From Arcicella sp. (GTDB taxonomy: Bacteria; Bacteroidota; Bacteroidia; Cytophagales; Spirosomataceae): DNA of 64,000 nucleotides. Numbering within the stretch: the first letter of the stretch is position 1; each line of letters starts with the position of its first letter. Of this stretch, positions 50,467 through 59,779 are shown piece by piece. The stretch is taken from NCBI GenBank assembly GCA_014376355.1, contig JACMRQ010000441.1, forward strand, positions 15,875 to 79,874, in the 5' to 3' direction. The notes beneath the pieces were generated by a model. The model was given only the letters and a program-made list of their open reading frames with translations. It ran no database searches and was not told the DNA's origin. A program made the position numbers and the translations under genes.

Positions 50467-50593
50467 GTACCTAATAATTAGGTTTTTACTGGGATTACAC
50501 ATACTTTCGTTTTTAACAATGATGTTCTTTCAATTCGTTAATGTGTAGAAGGTTGAGGGGTTACGTGACGGTGTAAACCTGCTCATAAAGACG

Positions 50594-51505
50594 TATAAGT
50601 ATAAGTATAATGGAAAGGAGTTCCAAGACGAGCTGGGGCTTAACTTCTACGATTATGGAGCAAGAAACTATGACCCAGCAATTGGTAGATGGATGAATAT
50701 TGACCCAATGGCTGAATTGTCAAGAAGATTTTCTCCTTACACCTATGCAATGAATAATCCAGTATTTTTCATTGACCCTGATGGAATGATTGTTGACCCA
50801 TCAAGTCAAAAAGAATGGGACAAGCAAAAAAAGAGTATTACTAGTGAAAGAGATAGACTACAAGGCAAAGTCGACAAGTTGAATGCTACAGCGGCTTCAA
50901 AAGGTTGGAGTGCTGAAAAACTAGCAGGCAAAATAGGTGATATGAGTGACCGAATAACAGGAATGAATGGTAGTCTTGGAAATCTTGGAACTTTAGAACA
51001 AAGTGCTCAATCATATAGTTTAAATGTGCTTAGTGCAGGTTCCACAGGTGATACTTCTTATGACCCTGCTTCAGGAAATGTAGTAATTAGCTTTGCAGGG
51101 ACTGCAAATTTCGTTCATGAATCTACACATGCAGGACAGTATGAAAGCGGAGATATAGCTTTTGATTCAGCTTCAGGTAAACCCTATGCTTCAGATACAG
51201 GTGATGAGATTTCTGCCTACAAAGCCCAATATGCCTATGACCCATCGTCAGTATCTGGATTGACATCATCGACATCGGTCAAATCTTCAGCAGATATTAC
51301 GGCAAACTGGTTGCAGAATGTTAGCGATTCAAGTGGAAATAAAATTTATGCTCCTGGAGGTAGCGCGAATACGGGGATATCTCCGTTAAACACCAATTCC
51401 AATAGAGCAGATATATTAAAAGCCTTTCCAAATAATCCAGCTTTACAAAGTTTACCAAGTAACTTTACCTTTAAATCTATTTCAACTTTAAAATATAGAA
51501 AATAA
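50594..51505 (+). CDS. Orphan Rhs module, tip B: HExxH metallopeptidase-like toxin
   Basis: Homology begins at YKYKYNGKE (50594), upstream of the track's Met at 50693; DPDG; VHESTHAGQ and a downstream DEISAY. Confidence 0.8.
   Translation, partial: YKYKYNGKEFQDELGLNFYDYGARNYDPAIGRWMNIDPMAELSRRFSPYTYAMNNPVFFIDPDGMIVDPSSQKEWDKQKKSITSERDRLQGKVDKLNATAASKGWSAEKLAGKIGDMSDRITGMNGSLGNLGTLEQSAQSYSLNVLSAGSTGDTSYDPASGNVVISFAGTANFVHESTHAGQYESGDIAFDSASGKPYASDTGDEISAYKAQYAYDPSSVSGLTSSTSVKSSADITANWLQNVSDSSGNKIYAPGGSANTGISPLNTNSNRADILKAFPNNPALQSLPSNFTFKSISTLKYRK
50597..50788 (+). repeat. Rhs core-end repeat, copy 2 (192 nt)
   Basis: Colinear with 39020-39211. Confidence 0.9.
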
Positions 51506-51870
51506 TGAAAAATCTATTTTGTTTTATATTGCTTACAACTATTATGATTTCTTGTAAGGTTACACAAAATACCGAAAGCAATTTAGTGGGAACCTATACC
51601 GCCAAAGGGAAAGATTACAATTACAAACTTATTTTAAATAGTGATAATACGTTTAACCTAAAATTTAAAGCGTTAGAAGCTAATTCAGGTTGTGAAGGCA
51701 ATTGGAAATTAAATGGTACTAAGACAATAGTTTTAGCTTGTAATGAACCTAGGAATATTGAAGAAACACTACAAGGTGGTTATATGACCAATAGGGTTCA
51801 AGAATTAACAGTAAAAAGTAAAGAGCGACTTCTTTACAACGGAATTATTTTAAAGAGGGATGAAAATTAA
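51505..51870 (+). CDS. Immunity lipoprotein for tip B
   Basis: TAATG coupling; lipobox MISC; LVGTY...LILNSDNTF...GNWK beta-barrel-like pattern. Confidence 0.75.
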   Translation: MKNLFCFILLTTIMISCKVTQNTESNLVGTYTAKGKDYNYKLILNSDNTFNLKFKALEANSGCEGNWKLNGTKTIVLACNEPRNIEETLQGGYMTNRVQELTVKSKERLLYNGIILKRDEN

Positions 51871-51913
51871 TGTTAGAAAGAGAATAACTTTTATCAGTAC
51901 GATGATTAGGCTT

Positions 51914-51942
51914 AAAACCACTTCAATTTGAAGTGGTTTTTT
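51914..51942. terminator. Bidirectional terminator
   Basis: aaaaccacttcaa/ttgaagtggtttt. Confidence 0.75.
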
Positions 51943-51960
51943 AATTTAAATCGAAAAAAA

Positions 51961-52377
51961 TTAAATAAAGCCATTTAACCTCGCTGTTGGTTCATGAAAA
52001 ACATACACGTATTTGGAGTTTATGTAGATTCCGCCAGTGATATTGCTTTTGCCCATACTGAATTTTCTAAAAAGATTGGATTCAAGACTTCGAGCATTAC
52101 TCATGGTGTACAAATAAAATTTTTTGTAAAAAGGTAATTCATCAATTTTTCTTTCTTTTTTGTGGGCATTATATCTATTATGGGATTTATCAGTCATCCC
52201 TGCATACCAATCATTAAAAACGGGCTCAACTCTTTTAGGGTAACAACTTTTTATATACTTCGTAATCTGCTTTTCTATTTTTGATACTAGAACTTTATTT
52301 GCAGGATTTTCTTTTAGATAATCATTGATTGAAAATCCAGCGGGAGCATTTAATCCTATAATTTTAAAATCAGCCAT
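51961..52377 (-). CDS. Hypothetical protein, GIY-YIG-like
   Basis: WYAGMT...RYNAH...ARSLE pattern. Confidence 0.5.
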   Translation of the reverse strand: MADFKIIGLNAPAGFSINDYLKENPANKVLVSKIEKQITKYIKSCYPKRVEPVFNDWYAGMTDKSHNRYNAHKKERKIDELPFYKKFYLYTMSNARSLESNLFRKFSMGKSNITGGIYINSKYVYVFHEPTARLNGFI

Positions 52378-52490
52378 ATTTTTATTAAAATCTGTTGTAA
52401 TAATAAATTAACTTGTTATTAGTATGATGAATTACTATTTAAAAATAGTAACTCTATTTTCAAACGAATTTTAACATCTTTATTTGTTCC

Positions 52491-54545
52491 TTATTCAATA
52501 GTGCGAATTAATTTATCATTGATGTGAACTAAATTAAAAACTACATCTTTTGTAGCGGAATTAAAGGCTTCATCAGAATTTTCAAATGAAGCAAAAATCA
52601 AAATTTGAGATTCTACATGTAATGAAATGCTTTTTAGAAAGCTGTGGAAATTCCCAATAGCTGCATCTTGTTGTTTCGGCTCATCCATCATAATAAGTCT
52701 TGGGTGATTCCCATCAAATTTAATAGATGTATCGAGTAAACTAAAAGTGTAAGCCCAAATACACCTGATAAAATCACTTCCTGATGAATCAAACCTTATA
52801 CTATAATCTTTTGTTTCCTCTCCAAAAGGTTTACTAATTACCGGTAAATAATTATCTCTCGAAATATGTATAAATTCATTTTGTTGACTAGTGTAATTAA
52901 ACTCTTTAAGTAAGACCTTAAATTTTGTTTCCAAAAATTCAAGTTTCTCATCATCATTATATGAAAAAAAGTTCTTAGGTAATTTACTTTCATCAACCAC
53001 AACTTTTTTCCACTGATTAGATAACTCTTTTAAGTCTTCTATTAGTAAATTGAAATCTTCAAGAAACTTATTATAAAACTCTATACGCTTTTTTAGATTT
53101 AACCTGTTCTCAATTTCTATAATTGACGGTAACCTTTCATCAGATGTTAGCTCTTTCTTTATTTGTCTTACATTTGCTCTTGCCTCAGATAGTCTTACTC
53201 TATATAAATCAAGTTTTTTTTCCTTTTCATTTATTGTTTTTTCCTGACCTTCAATATAAACTGTAACCATTTTAATTTGAGCATCAATAAAATCAATGTT
53301 GTCATCTAAACGCATTGGAACCTGCTCAACTTCTAAGGGCAACAATGAATCTTTAATCTCTTGATTGCACGTTGGACAAGTTTCGCTAGCCGTTTTTAAA
53401 TTGAAATCAGCCCCAAGATTTTTGACCTTTAAAGCACCTTTGTTTTTTCTTAAATCGTCTTTTAACAAATCTAGCTGCAATCTATAACTACGCAATCGAT
53501 CTTTGTCAAAGTTTAACTCTGTTGACAAAAGCTCATAATTTAAAGACAAATTATTGATGAAACCATTTATTTTTTCTAGTTGAACTTCATCATTTGAAAT
53601 ATTTTGACCAACTGTAAAAACAGTTTTATTTTTTGTAGCTCTTAATTCTTCAACTTGTAAATCTATATAATTTGAAACCGTAAATTCTTCTTCATCTTTT
53701 GTCAACAAGATATTTAAACCTCTGTAATCATTAATTATTACAGGCTTTTGTTCAAGACCAACAACTCTTCCTCCTCCTTTTTCTGCAAGTCTAATAAACT
53801 GATTGTTTAAAGTTGCCCACTTTTCTTCAATAATTCTTTTGTTGAAAGCAATTTGCTGTTTTCTTTTTTTATTTTCGGTTACATCTAACTTCAAAAGAAA
53901 CTCTACCACCCTTGCTTCTTTATTAGATAAACCATAATGTGGCATGGTAGCAAAAAAATCAGACCATCCTGATTTTTGCTCAATCATAAATGATGAAGCA
54001 ATCTGTTGAATATATAATTTTCTTGAGTCTCCAGAATTTGTCAAAACGTTAGGTAAATTCCAATCCAAGAAATTTTCTAAAAATAAATGAAAACCGTATA
54101 TTTCATCTGTAGCACCACCTTTATCGTGAATATACATTGGTTTCATTTCAGGAAGAATGTCTTCCGTATCATCAAATAATTTCCCAAAATAAACATCTAC
54201 TAATTGTGGTTTTCTGTCGGAATTACTGATTACACTTCTTTTAATCGTGATAATATCACTTTTACTGTTTTCAATTTCCAAATAAACAAAAGACTGTACT
54301 ACTTTGTGAAATACATCTTTTGGATATTCAACTTGGTCTCTAAAAACAGATTGCATAGTTTTTTCATTCTTACCACCAATTATTTCTTCGAAACCTAGAC
54401 AATATGTAATTGCTTGAAAGAGGCTACTTTTACCGCTGGTATTATCTGCTCTAATAATATTTAAACCATTAGTAAATTCATAATTTGAACCGTACAGACC
54501 AGAATCAGTATTAACTTCAAATTTTATTTTATTAATTTTTAACAT
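52491..54545 (-). CDS. lmuB: Lamassu SMC-like ATPase LmuB
   Basis: Walker A ADNTSGKS, coiled coils, zinc hook CPTC, SGS signature, MMDEP. Confidence 0.8.
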   Translation of the reverse strand: MLKINKIKFEVNTDSGLYGSNYEFTNGLNIIRADNTSGKSSLFQAITYCLGFEEIIGGKNEKTMQSVFRDQVEYPKDVFHKVVQSFVYLEIENSKSDIITIKRSVISNSDRKPQLVDVYFGKLFDDTEDILPEMKPMYIHDKGGATDEIYGFHLFLENFLDWNLPNVLTNSGDSRKLYIQQIASSFMIEQKSGWSDFFATMPHYGLSNKEARVVEFLLKLDVTENKKRKQQIAFNKRIIEEKWATLNNQFIRLAEKGGGRVVGLEQKPVIINDYRGLNILLTKDEEEFTVSNYIDLQVEELRATKNKTVFTVGQNISNDEVQLEKINGFINNLSLNYELLSTELNFDKDRLRSYRLQLDLLKDDLRKNKGALKVKNLGADFNLKTASETCPTCNQEIKDSLLPLEVEQVPMRLDDNIDFIDAQIKMVTVYIEGQEKTINEKEKKLDLYRVRLSEARANVRQIKKELTSDERLPSIIEIENRLNLKKRIEFYNKFLEDFNLLIEDLKELSNQWKKVVVDESKLPKNFFSYNDDEKLEFLETKFKVLLKEFNYTSQQNEFIHISRDNYLPVISKPFGEETKDYSIRFDSSGSDFIRCIWAYTFSLLDTSIKFDGNHPRLIMMDEPKQQDAAIGNFHSFLKSISLHVESQILIFASFENSDEAFNSATKDVVFNLVHINDKLIRTIE

Positions 54546-55011
54546 TGAATAATGACCATTTATTTGAAATAGATTCTATTCTATTATCAGTTATTTTTCT
54601 TTTCCCTACAAAATTTAAAAACTCAAACTCTTCAACAAAAACTTCAGCCTTAACAATTAACTTGAAAAAATCAGCTCCTTTTTCAGTCAATAAATATTTT
54701 CCATTTTCCATAGTGCAAATATTTTCAGATATACAGAACAAAAGTGCCCTGTTTAGAGCAGGTTCAATTCCCCATACGGCAATATCTTTATCATAATTGC
54801 TTTTTATTAGTTCTAAAACTTCATCCTTGTTTTTGTCATCTTTTAATGCCCAGCTTAATAAATGTAATTTTAGCAAGCTAGATTTATTACCAATACAAGT
54901 AATTGATAATATCATAACAATCTGTGCAATCTTGTAAACAGGTCTATAATCAACAGGAATTGAAATAGGCTTTTTAGAAAATTTTATATTTTTTATTTCA
55001 AAATCACTCAT
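54532..55011 (-). CDS. lmuC: Lamassu LmuC (ABC three-component middle component)
   Basis: Small winged-helix-like gene between the effector and the SMC ATPase; SSLLKLHLLSW, EPALNRAL. Confidence 0.72.
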   Translation of the reverse strand: MSDFEIKNIKFSKKPISIPVDYRPVYKIAQIVMILSITCIGNKSSLLKLHLLSWALKDDKNKDEVLELIKSNYDKDIAVWGIEPALNRALLFCISENICTMENGKYLLTEKGADFFKLIVKAEVFVEEFEFLNFVGKRKITDNRIESISNKWSLFNVKN

Positions 55012-55941
55012 TTACTCAAAGTTTATTGGACATCTTAAAATCCAGTCTGCTAATACTTGATTTGTTAGATTCATTATCATCTCTTGCTCTAATTTAGGAA
55101 AAGTTGCATTCAACTTCTCTTCAACTAAACTTTTAAAACTAAAATATAATGCATTTTTGTCTTGAACTGGAAACATACATTTTTCTACAACTTCATTCTC
55201 AACCAAACTGACAATAGATAAAAACTTTTCGTACTCTGTTGGATATTCATTCTGCCACATTCTCAAGAGAATATTACCTCCCAAAAAAGAAGCTATAGTC
55301 TTTTCGGTCAAATCATCAACACGCTTGTCAACATTAAGAGCATTTTCATCAAACCTCAATGTGTGTTTTCTTTGGGCATTCTCTACCAAGTTTATTTCTT
55401 TACCTTTCCACTTCAATTTGTCGGTATCTGTAATCGGTGTATCTGGAGATAAATTTATTTTTTGATTTGTAGAATCGATTGCAAGATTTAAATGCGGATG
55501 CAAAAAACTAATGTCTTCAAAAATAACCTCAAAGTTATCATTATCAATAATTGATAAACCCCAAGCCTTAACTTCATCTCGTTTTGAAGTACAATGGGCG
55601 ACAATTTCATTTTTTCCATATATTGGAGTAACAAAATACCATTTATTTATTTTAGTATCGCCCAAGAAACCTTTCAGCTGACTTTCATACGTTTTTAATT
55701 TCTTTAGGTCAGTTGTAATTTTGTTCCTATGCTTTTCATATAATTCAGCGTTTGAATACGATTCATCTGGGCAATAACATTGAAAGACCTTTCCACTTCT
55801 TGTAAATCCTTCGATACCATAATCCCCAGGAGTAGCTTTAACTTCCTGATAACCTTCTTCTCTAAAATTTTGTTTAAAGCAGATTTGACTTATGGACTCC
55901 CATTTATCTCCGTCAAAAGTGCCATATTCTGTTTTTATCAT
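55012..55941 (-). CDS. lmuA: Lamassu effector LmuA (REase-fold nuclease plus CTD)
   Basis: WE...GDYGIEG...FQCY nuclease-like motif; C-terminal ADWILRCPINF. Confidence 0.75.
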   Translation of the reverse strand: MIKTEYGTFDGDKWESISQICFKQNFREEGYQEVKATPGDYGIEGFTRSGKVFQCYCPDESYSNAELYEKHRNKITTDLKKLKTYESQLKGFLGDTKINKWYFVTPIYGKNEIVAHCTSKRDEVKAWGLSIIDNDNFEVIFEDISFLHPHLNLAIDSTNQKINLSPDTPITDTDKLKWKGKEINLVENAQRKHTLRFDENALNVDKRVDDLTEKTIASFLGGNILLRMWQNEYPTEYEKFLSIVSLVENEVVEKCMFPVQDKNALYFSFKSLVEEKLNATFPKLEQEMIMNLTNQVLADWILRCPINFE

Positions 55942-56059
55942 TTACAGCTATTTAGGGGCTAAATTTAGTTAATTTTTAACATAATTTTGCTGTTTTTTTA
56001 ATTTACAATTACTGAATTATCAATTATTGCAATTACATTCAAAATAATCACAAAAATAA

Positions 56060-56086
56060 AAACCCTTTCCACAATGGAAAGGGTTT
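56060..56086. terminator. Terminator hairpin
   Basis: aaaccctttcca/tggaaagggttt, just past the T9SS-CTD gene end. Confidence 0.65.
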
Positions 56087-56109
56087 AACTACTATTCTGA
56101 AATAAAATT

Positions 56110-56710
56110 TTATTGCTTAAATAGCTTGGCAATTTTAGTTCCCTGTCGCGTTTTCACTTCTATCATATACATTCCATTTGGCAATTCTTGAATATTGATT
56201 TGGTCGTTATCATTATTGCCTTTTTGAGATTTCAACAAACGACCGTGCATATCATACACATTGATTTGGTTGATAGTTTCATTTGGAGTCGCAACATTTA
56301 CTATGCTGGTTGTTGGATTCGGGTAAATTTTGATATTCTTTTTTTCCACTTCTTCAATACTCAAATTACTACAGATATCATTTGGAATTGTATATGTAGT
56401 ACCGCCAAAGCGTTGATTTTACAAAACCCAATCTGTACCATTGAATTTAAACCAAAGTTGCATTGCTATTTGTGCTGTGCCACCAGTTGCAAAATCAACA
56501 CCTGCCATGACTGAAGTTTAAGCCAAAAGTCATCAGGTATAGGAGTATTGTCACTCATAGTTTTAGGGACAATATATTTTGCATATAACAGATCGGGTAA
56601 ACTGTTACTATCTTCAACCGAATCTGCCTGTGCTGAAATTTCAGTGATATTTATTGGAAAAATTAAAGTTATTGTAGCAGGGCTACCATAATAAGTAAAC
56701 AATCCATTGA
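56110..56710 (-). pseudogene. Disrupted secreted protein with T9SS type A C-terminal domain
   Basis: IYPNPT...YDMHGR...LPNGMYMI...KLFKQ; upstream in-frame stop (WVL*NQRFGG) and a frameshift near 56515; 5' end missing. Confidence 0.75.
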
Positions 56711-56721
56711 ATTGTCTTGCT

Positions 56722-56910
56722 AAATTAAAGCTGTGTCCGCAGACAATCCGCATGAGCGTTATCTGCAACTGGCTCAACGAGAAAAAATATCCATTGGAAA
56801 AGGTACAGGAACTGGCAGGACATAAGTGGCCAGGAACGACTGAAAAATATGAAAAATCAAATTCTGAAGAGCAAAGGGAACTGATAAACAGGTTTTTTCC
56901 CGCTATTTAA
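56722..56910 (+). pseudogene. 3' fragment of a tyrosine recombinase 2 paralogue
   Basis: PQTIRMSVICNWLNEKKYPLEKVQELAGHKWPGTTEKY...QRELINRFFP versus PRTIRMSVIANWLNERKMPLEDVQRLAGHKWPSTTEKY...QRELINKFFP. Confidence 0.9.
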
Positions 56911-56954
56911 AAAAATTAAACCAATTCTTATGATAACGATTCTAAATTGACTTT

Positions 56955-56985
56955 TTTGAAAATCAGTACTTTTGAACTATCTTTG
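56955..56985 (+). promoter_or_regulatory. Bacteroidota promoter for the AAA/DUF4276 pair
   Basis: TTTG, then 19 nt, then TATCTTTG. Confidence 0.65.
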
Positions 56986-57087
56986 CAGTAAATTCTTTTT
57001 GTTTGAGTACTAACAAATCTACCAACATATTATGAAGTGGTTATTAAGATTTGATAAAAGTATTATTAGAATTATAATTAATAAAAA

Positions 57088-58182
57088 ATGATAAATTACA
57101 TCCACATAGAAGGTTACAAATCTATAAAAGAGACCAGTCTCGAATTAGATTCTATTAATGTATTGATAGGTTCTAATGGTGTAGGAAAATCAAATTTTAT
57201 ATCTTTTTTCAAAATGGTAAATAATATTTATGAGCAGAGACTTGAGAATTATTCCATGAGAAGAGGTGCAGAAAGTCTTTTGCATTTTGGAAGTAAAAAT
57301 ACTAATGAAATTAAATCGACGATAAAATTTGATAATACCAATGCCTACATTTTTTCATTGCAACCTACAAATACTAATGGGTTAATTCTAGCGTATGAAA
57401 AAGGTTCTTTTAATAGCGAAAAAGGTTCTGAGTTTAGCTATAAAGATACTTGGTTTTCTAAACCCATTAGTAATAATTCCAAAGAAAGTCAGCTAAGAGA
57501 TACTACTGGAGGAATTGCTAGATGGATAAATTCATATTTAGATAGCTTTAAGATATACCACTTTCACGACACGAGTGATTCTTCCCCTCTTAGAACTCCA
57601 GCAACTTTGAACGACAATGTAATTCTAAAAGAAGACGGAGGAAATTTAGCTTCATTCCTGTATCTATTACAAGAGAAGCATAATAAGCATTTTAAAAGGA
57701 TTGAGTATGTTATTAAATCGGTAGCTCCTTACTTTGAAAGATTTCAATTGCAACCCGATAGGCTAAATGAAGAAAGAATTAATTTAGAATGGACAGAAGT
57801 TAATCATCCTGATGTTTTATTTAATGCTTCACATTTCTCTGATGGAACATTGCGTTTTATTGCTTTGGCTACTTTGTTAATGCAGCCAGATATGCCGGAA
57901 ATAATAATTATTGACGAACCTGAATTGGGCTTGCATCCAGTTGCAATAAATATTCTTGCAGGATTAATAAAAAAAGCATCTGCTAAAAGTCAAATTATTA
58001 TATCAACACAATCAGTAAATTTGGTAGGAAATTTTGACCCTGAGAATATAATTACTGTTGACCGCATTGATGGACAGTCGGTTTTTAATAGATTAGAAAA
58101 GGAAAATTTAGAAGGGTGGTTATCTGATTTCACATTGGGAGATCTTTGGCTGAAAAACATAATTAAAGGACAGCCATATTAA
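57088..58182 (+). CDS. ABC/AAA_21-type ATPase
   Basis: GSNGVGKS, FSDGTLR, IIIDEPELGLHP, ISTQS. Confidence 0.88.
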   Translation: MINYIHIEGYKSIKETSLELDSINVLIGSNGVGKSNFISFFKMVNNIYEQRLENYSMRRGAESLLHFGSKNTNEIKSTIKFDNTNAYIFSLQPTNTNGLILAYEKGSFNSEKGSEFSYKDTWFSKPISNNSKESQLRDTTGGIARWINSYLDSFKIYHFHDTSDSSPLRTPATLNDNVILKEDGGNLASFLYLLQEKHNKHFKRIEYVIKSVAPYFERFQLQPDRLNEERINLEWTEVNHPDVLFNASHFSDGTLRFIALATLLMQPDMPEIIIIDEPELGLHPVAINILAGLIKKASAKSQIIISTQSVNLVGNFDPENIITVDRIDGQSVFNRLEKENLEGWLSDFTLGDLWLKNIIKGQPY

Positions 58183-58183
58183 G

Positions 58184-58867
58184 ATGAAAAGAGTACATAT
58201 TATAGTTGAAGGACAAACGGAAGTTAAAGTCTTTTATTCGATCTTAGTGCCATACATACAATCTAAAGTTGAGAATGTATATATCGAAATTACACCTATC
58301 AAGCATTCTGGAGGCGGTATTGTTAAATACTCGAAATTACTTCCGGAGCTTAGGAACCATCTTGCTGATAAAGAAAAAATTGTTACTACTTTCTTTGACT
58401 ATTATGGTCTTTTAGAAAAACATAATTATCCAAAATATAAAGAGGCAAAAATATACCAACCAAATTCAAAAGTTGGTGTAGTAATAATGGAAGACGGACT
58501 CAAAGAGGATTTAGCCCTGAAAGGAATTAGTACTAAAAACTTTATACCTTATATTCAGTTACATGAATTTGAGGCGTTGCTTTTCTCTTCAGATGAAGGT
58601 TTTGATTTTCAATATGACAACGAAAGAATACTCCGGGATTTAAAAGCAATTTCTCCCCGCTATCAAACCCCAGAGGATATTAATGACAGTCCAGTCACTG
58701 CGCCATCTAAAAGAATAATTGCAATTTTGGACAGGCAAGGTGAAAAATATGAAAAAGTTATCGATGGAGATGCTATTTCAATTATGGTTGGCATTGAAGC
58801 TATGTTAGAGAAGTGTCCAAGATTTAGGGCATGGGTAGAAATGCTTATTGAAAAAATCTCAGAATAA
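58184..58867 (+). CDS. DUF4276-family (TOPRIM-like) protein
   Basis: VEGQTE, TTFFDYYG, HEFEALLFS, PEDIND...PSKR, CPRF. Confidence 0.85.
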   Translation: MKRVHIIVEGQTEVKVFYSILVPYIQSKVENVYIEITPIKHSGGGIVKYSKLLPELRNHLADKEKIVTTFFDYYGLLEKHNYPKYKEAKIYQPNSKVGVVIMEDGLKEDLALKGISTKNFIPYIQLHEFEALLFSSDEGFDFQYDNERILRDLKAISPRYQTPEDINDSPVTAPSKRIIAILDRQGEKYEKVIDGDAISIMVGIEAMLEKCPRFRAWVEMLIEKISE

Positions 58868-58886
58868 TTAAAAGTTAATAAAAATT

Positions 58887-58933
58887 ACAATCACAAAAAA
58901 AGCCCTCAAATCGAGGGCTTTTTTTGTGATTGT
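58887..58933 (+). terminator. Terminator within a perfect 21-bp inverted repeat
   Basis: acaatcacaaaaaaagccctc-aaatc-gagggctttttttgtgattgt. Confidence 0.8.
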
Positions 58934-59004
58934 CTAAGTTGAAAACAAAACCGACAATAATTAACATTTACAGCTTTTTAACTACTTTCGTAGTCAAGGA
59001 GATA

Positions 59005-59342
59005 ATGTTGATAGGACGTTCTGGTCATGCGAGGAGTTTCGCAATGGCGTGTAAGTATAAATACAATGGGAAAGAATTGCAAGATGAGGTGGGGCTTAAC
59101 TTGTATGATTATGGTGCGAGGAATTATGACCCTGCAATTGGTAGATGGATGAACATTGACCCATTAGCAGAGCAAACCAGACGATGGTCGCCATATACTT
59201 ACGCAATGGACAATCCCTTATATTTTACTGACCCTGATGGAATGTCAGCAAGCCCAATTTATGATTCTAATGGAAGTTTTATGGGAACTGATGACCAAGG
59301 GTTTAAAGGAGAGGTTATTTTTATGGATAGGACGAACTTTGA
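59005..59342 (+). pseudogene. Orphan Rhs module, tip C, truncated
   Basis: KYKYNGKE...[22 protein letters not shown], then runs into IS sequence; no immunity gene remains. Confidence 0.8.
59053..59244 (+). repeat. Rhs core-end repeat, copy 3 (192 nt)
   Basis: Colinear with copies 1 and 2. Confidence 0.9.
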
Positions 59343-59569
59343 CCAGGAAAACCTATGCAGAATGGTTATATAGAGCGATTTAACAGATTCTATCGAGAAG
59401 ATATACTAGATGCCTATTATTTTAATGATTTACACCAGTTGAGGATCTTAAGCGAAAATTGGAGACCATCCGCATGACTCTTTAGGGAAGGAGTCACCTA
59501 AAGAATTTATGCCCAGATTTGATGATTATTTATCGAATTTAGAGGTGTCCTAAAAAGGAAAAGGCTACA
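59343..59569 (+). mobile_element. IS3-family 3' remnant
   Basis: [25 protein letters not shown]...(deletion)...HPHDSLGKESP; ends ...aaaaggctaCA like an IS3 right end. Confidence 0.8.
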
Positions 59570-59779
59570 CATTATTAGTGGTAACAAATTAAGTTTTTTC
59601 ACATTAAATATTTTTTAGGTTAAATCTTTTCAAAAGTAATATTAAAGATATAAAAATTGCTATTAAATTCAGTTTACGAAATTTCGTCTGCTTCAAGTAA
59701 ATGGAACAATTTCCGAGTAAAAAATAGATGATGGAATGAGTTTTACTGGCGAAACAGATTTTTTATAATGGGCAATCAA

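Larger units (their letters stand above)
39020..50596. mobile_element. Putative integrative element 1 inserted in the rhs2 core
   Basis: Bounded by Rhs-core direct repeats; contains HUH Rep-like, XRE, serine recombinase, primase/ATPase and two tyrosine recombinase genes. Confidence 0.65.
50597..59052. mobile_element. Putative decayed integrative element 2
   Basis: Lies between Rhs-core repeats 2 and 3; retains the 3' end of an integrase-2 paralogue at the equivalent position. Confidence 0.55.

Noticed and set aside
50467-50596. dif-like XerCD site at the element end
   Set aside because: No convincing 28-bp dif consensus here or at 58934-59052.
58930-59373. 147-aa ORF as an intact gene
   Set aside because: A chimera of spacer, Rhs core end and out-of-frame IS sequence.
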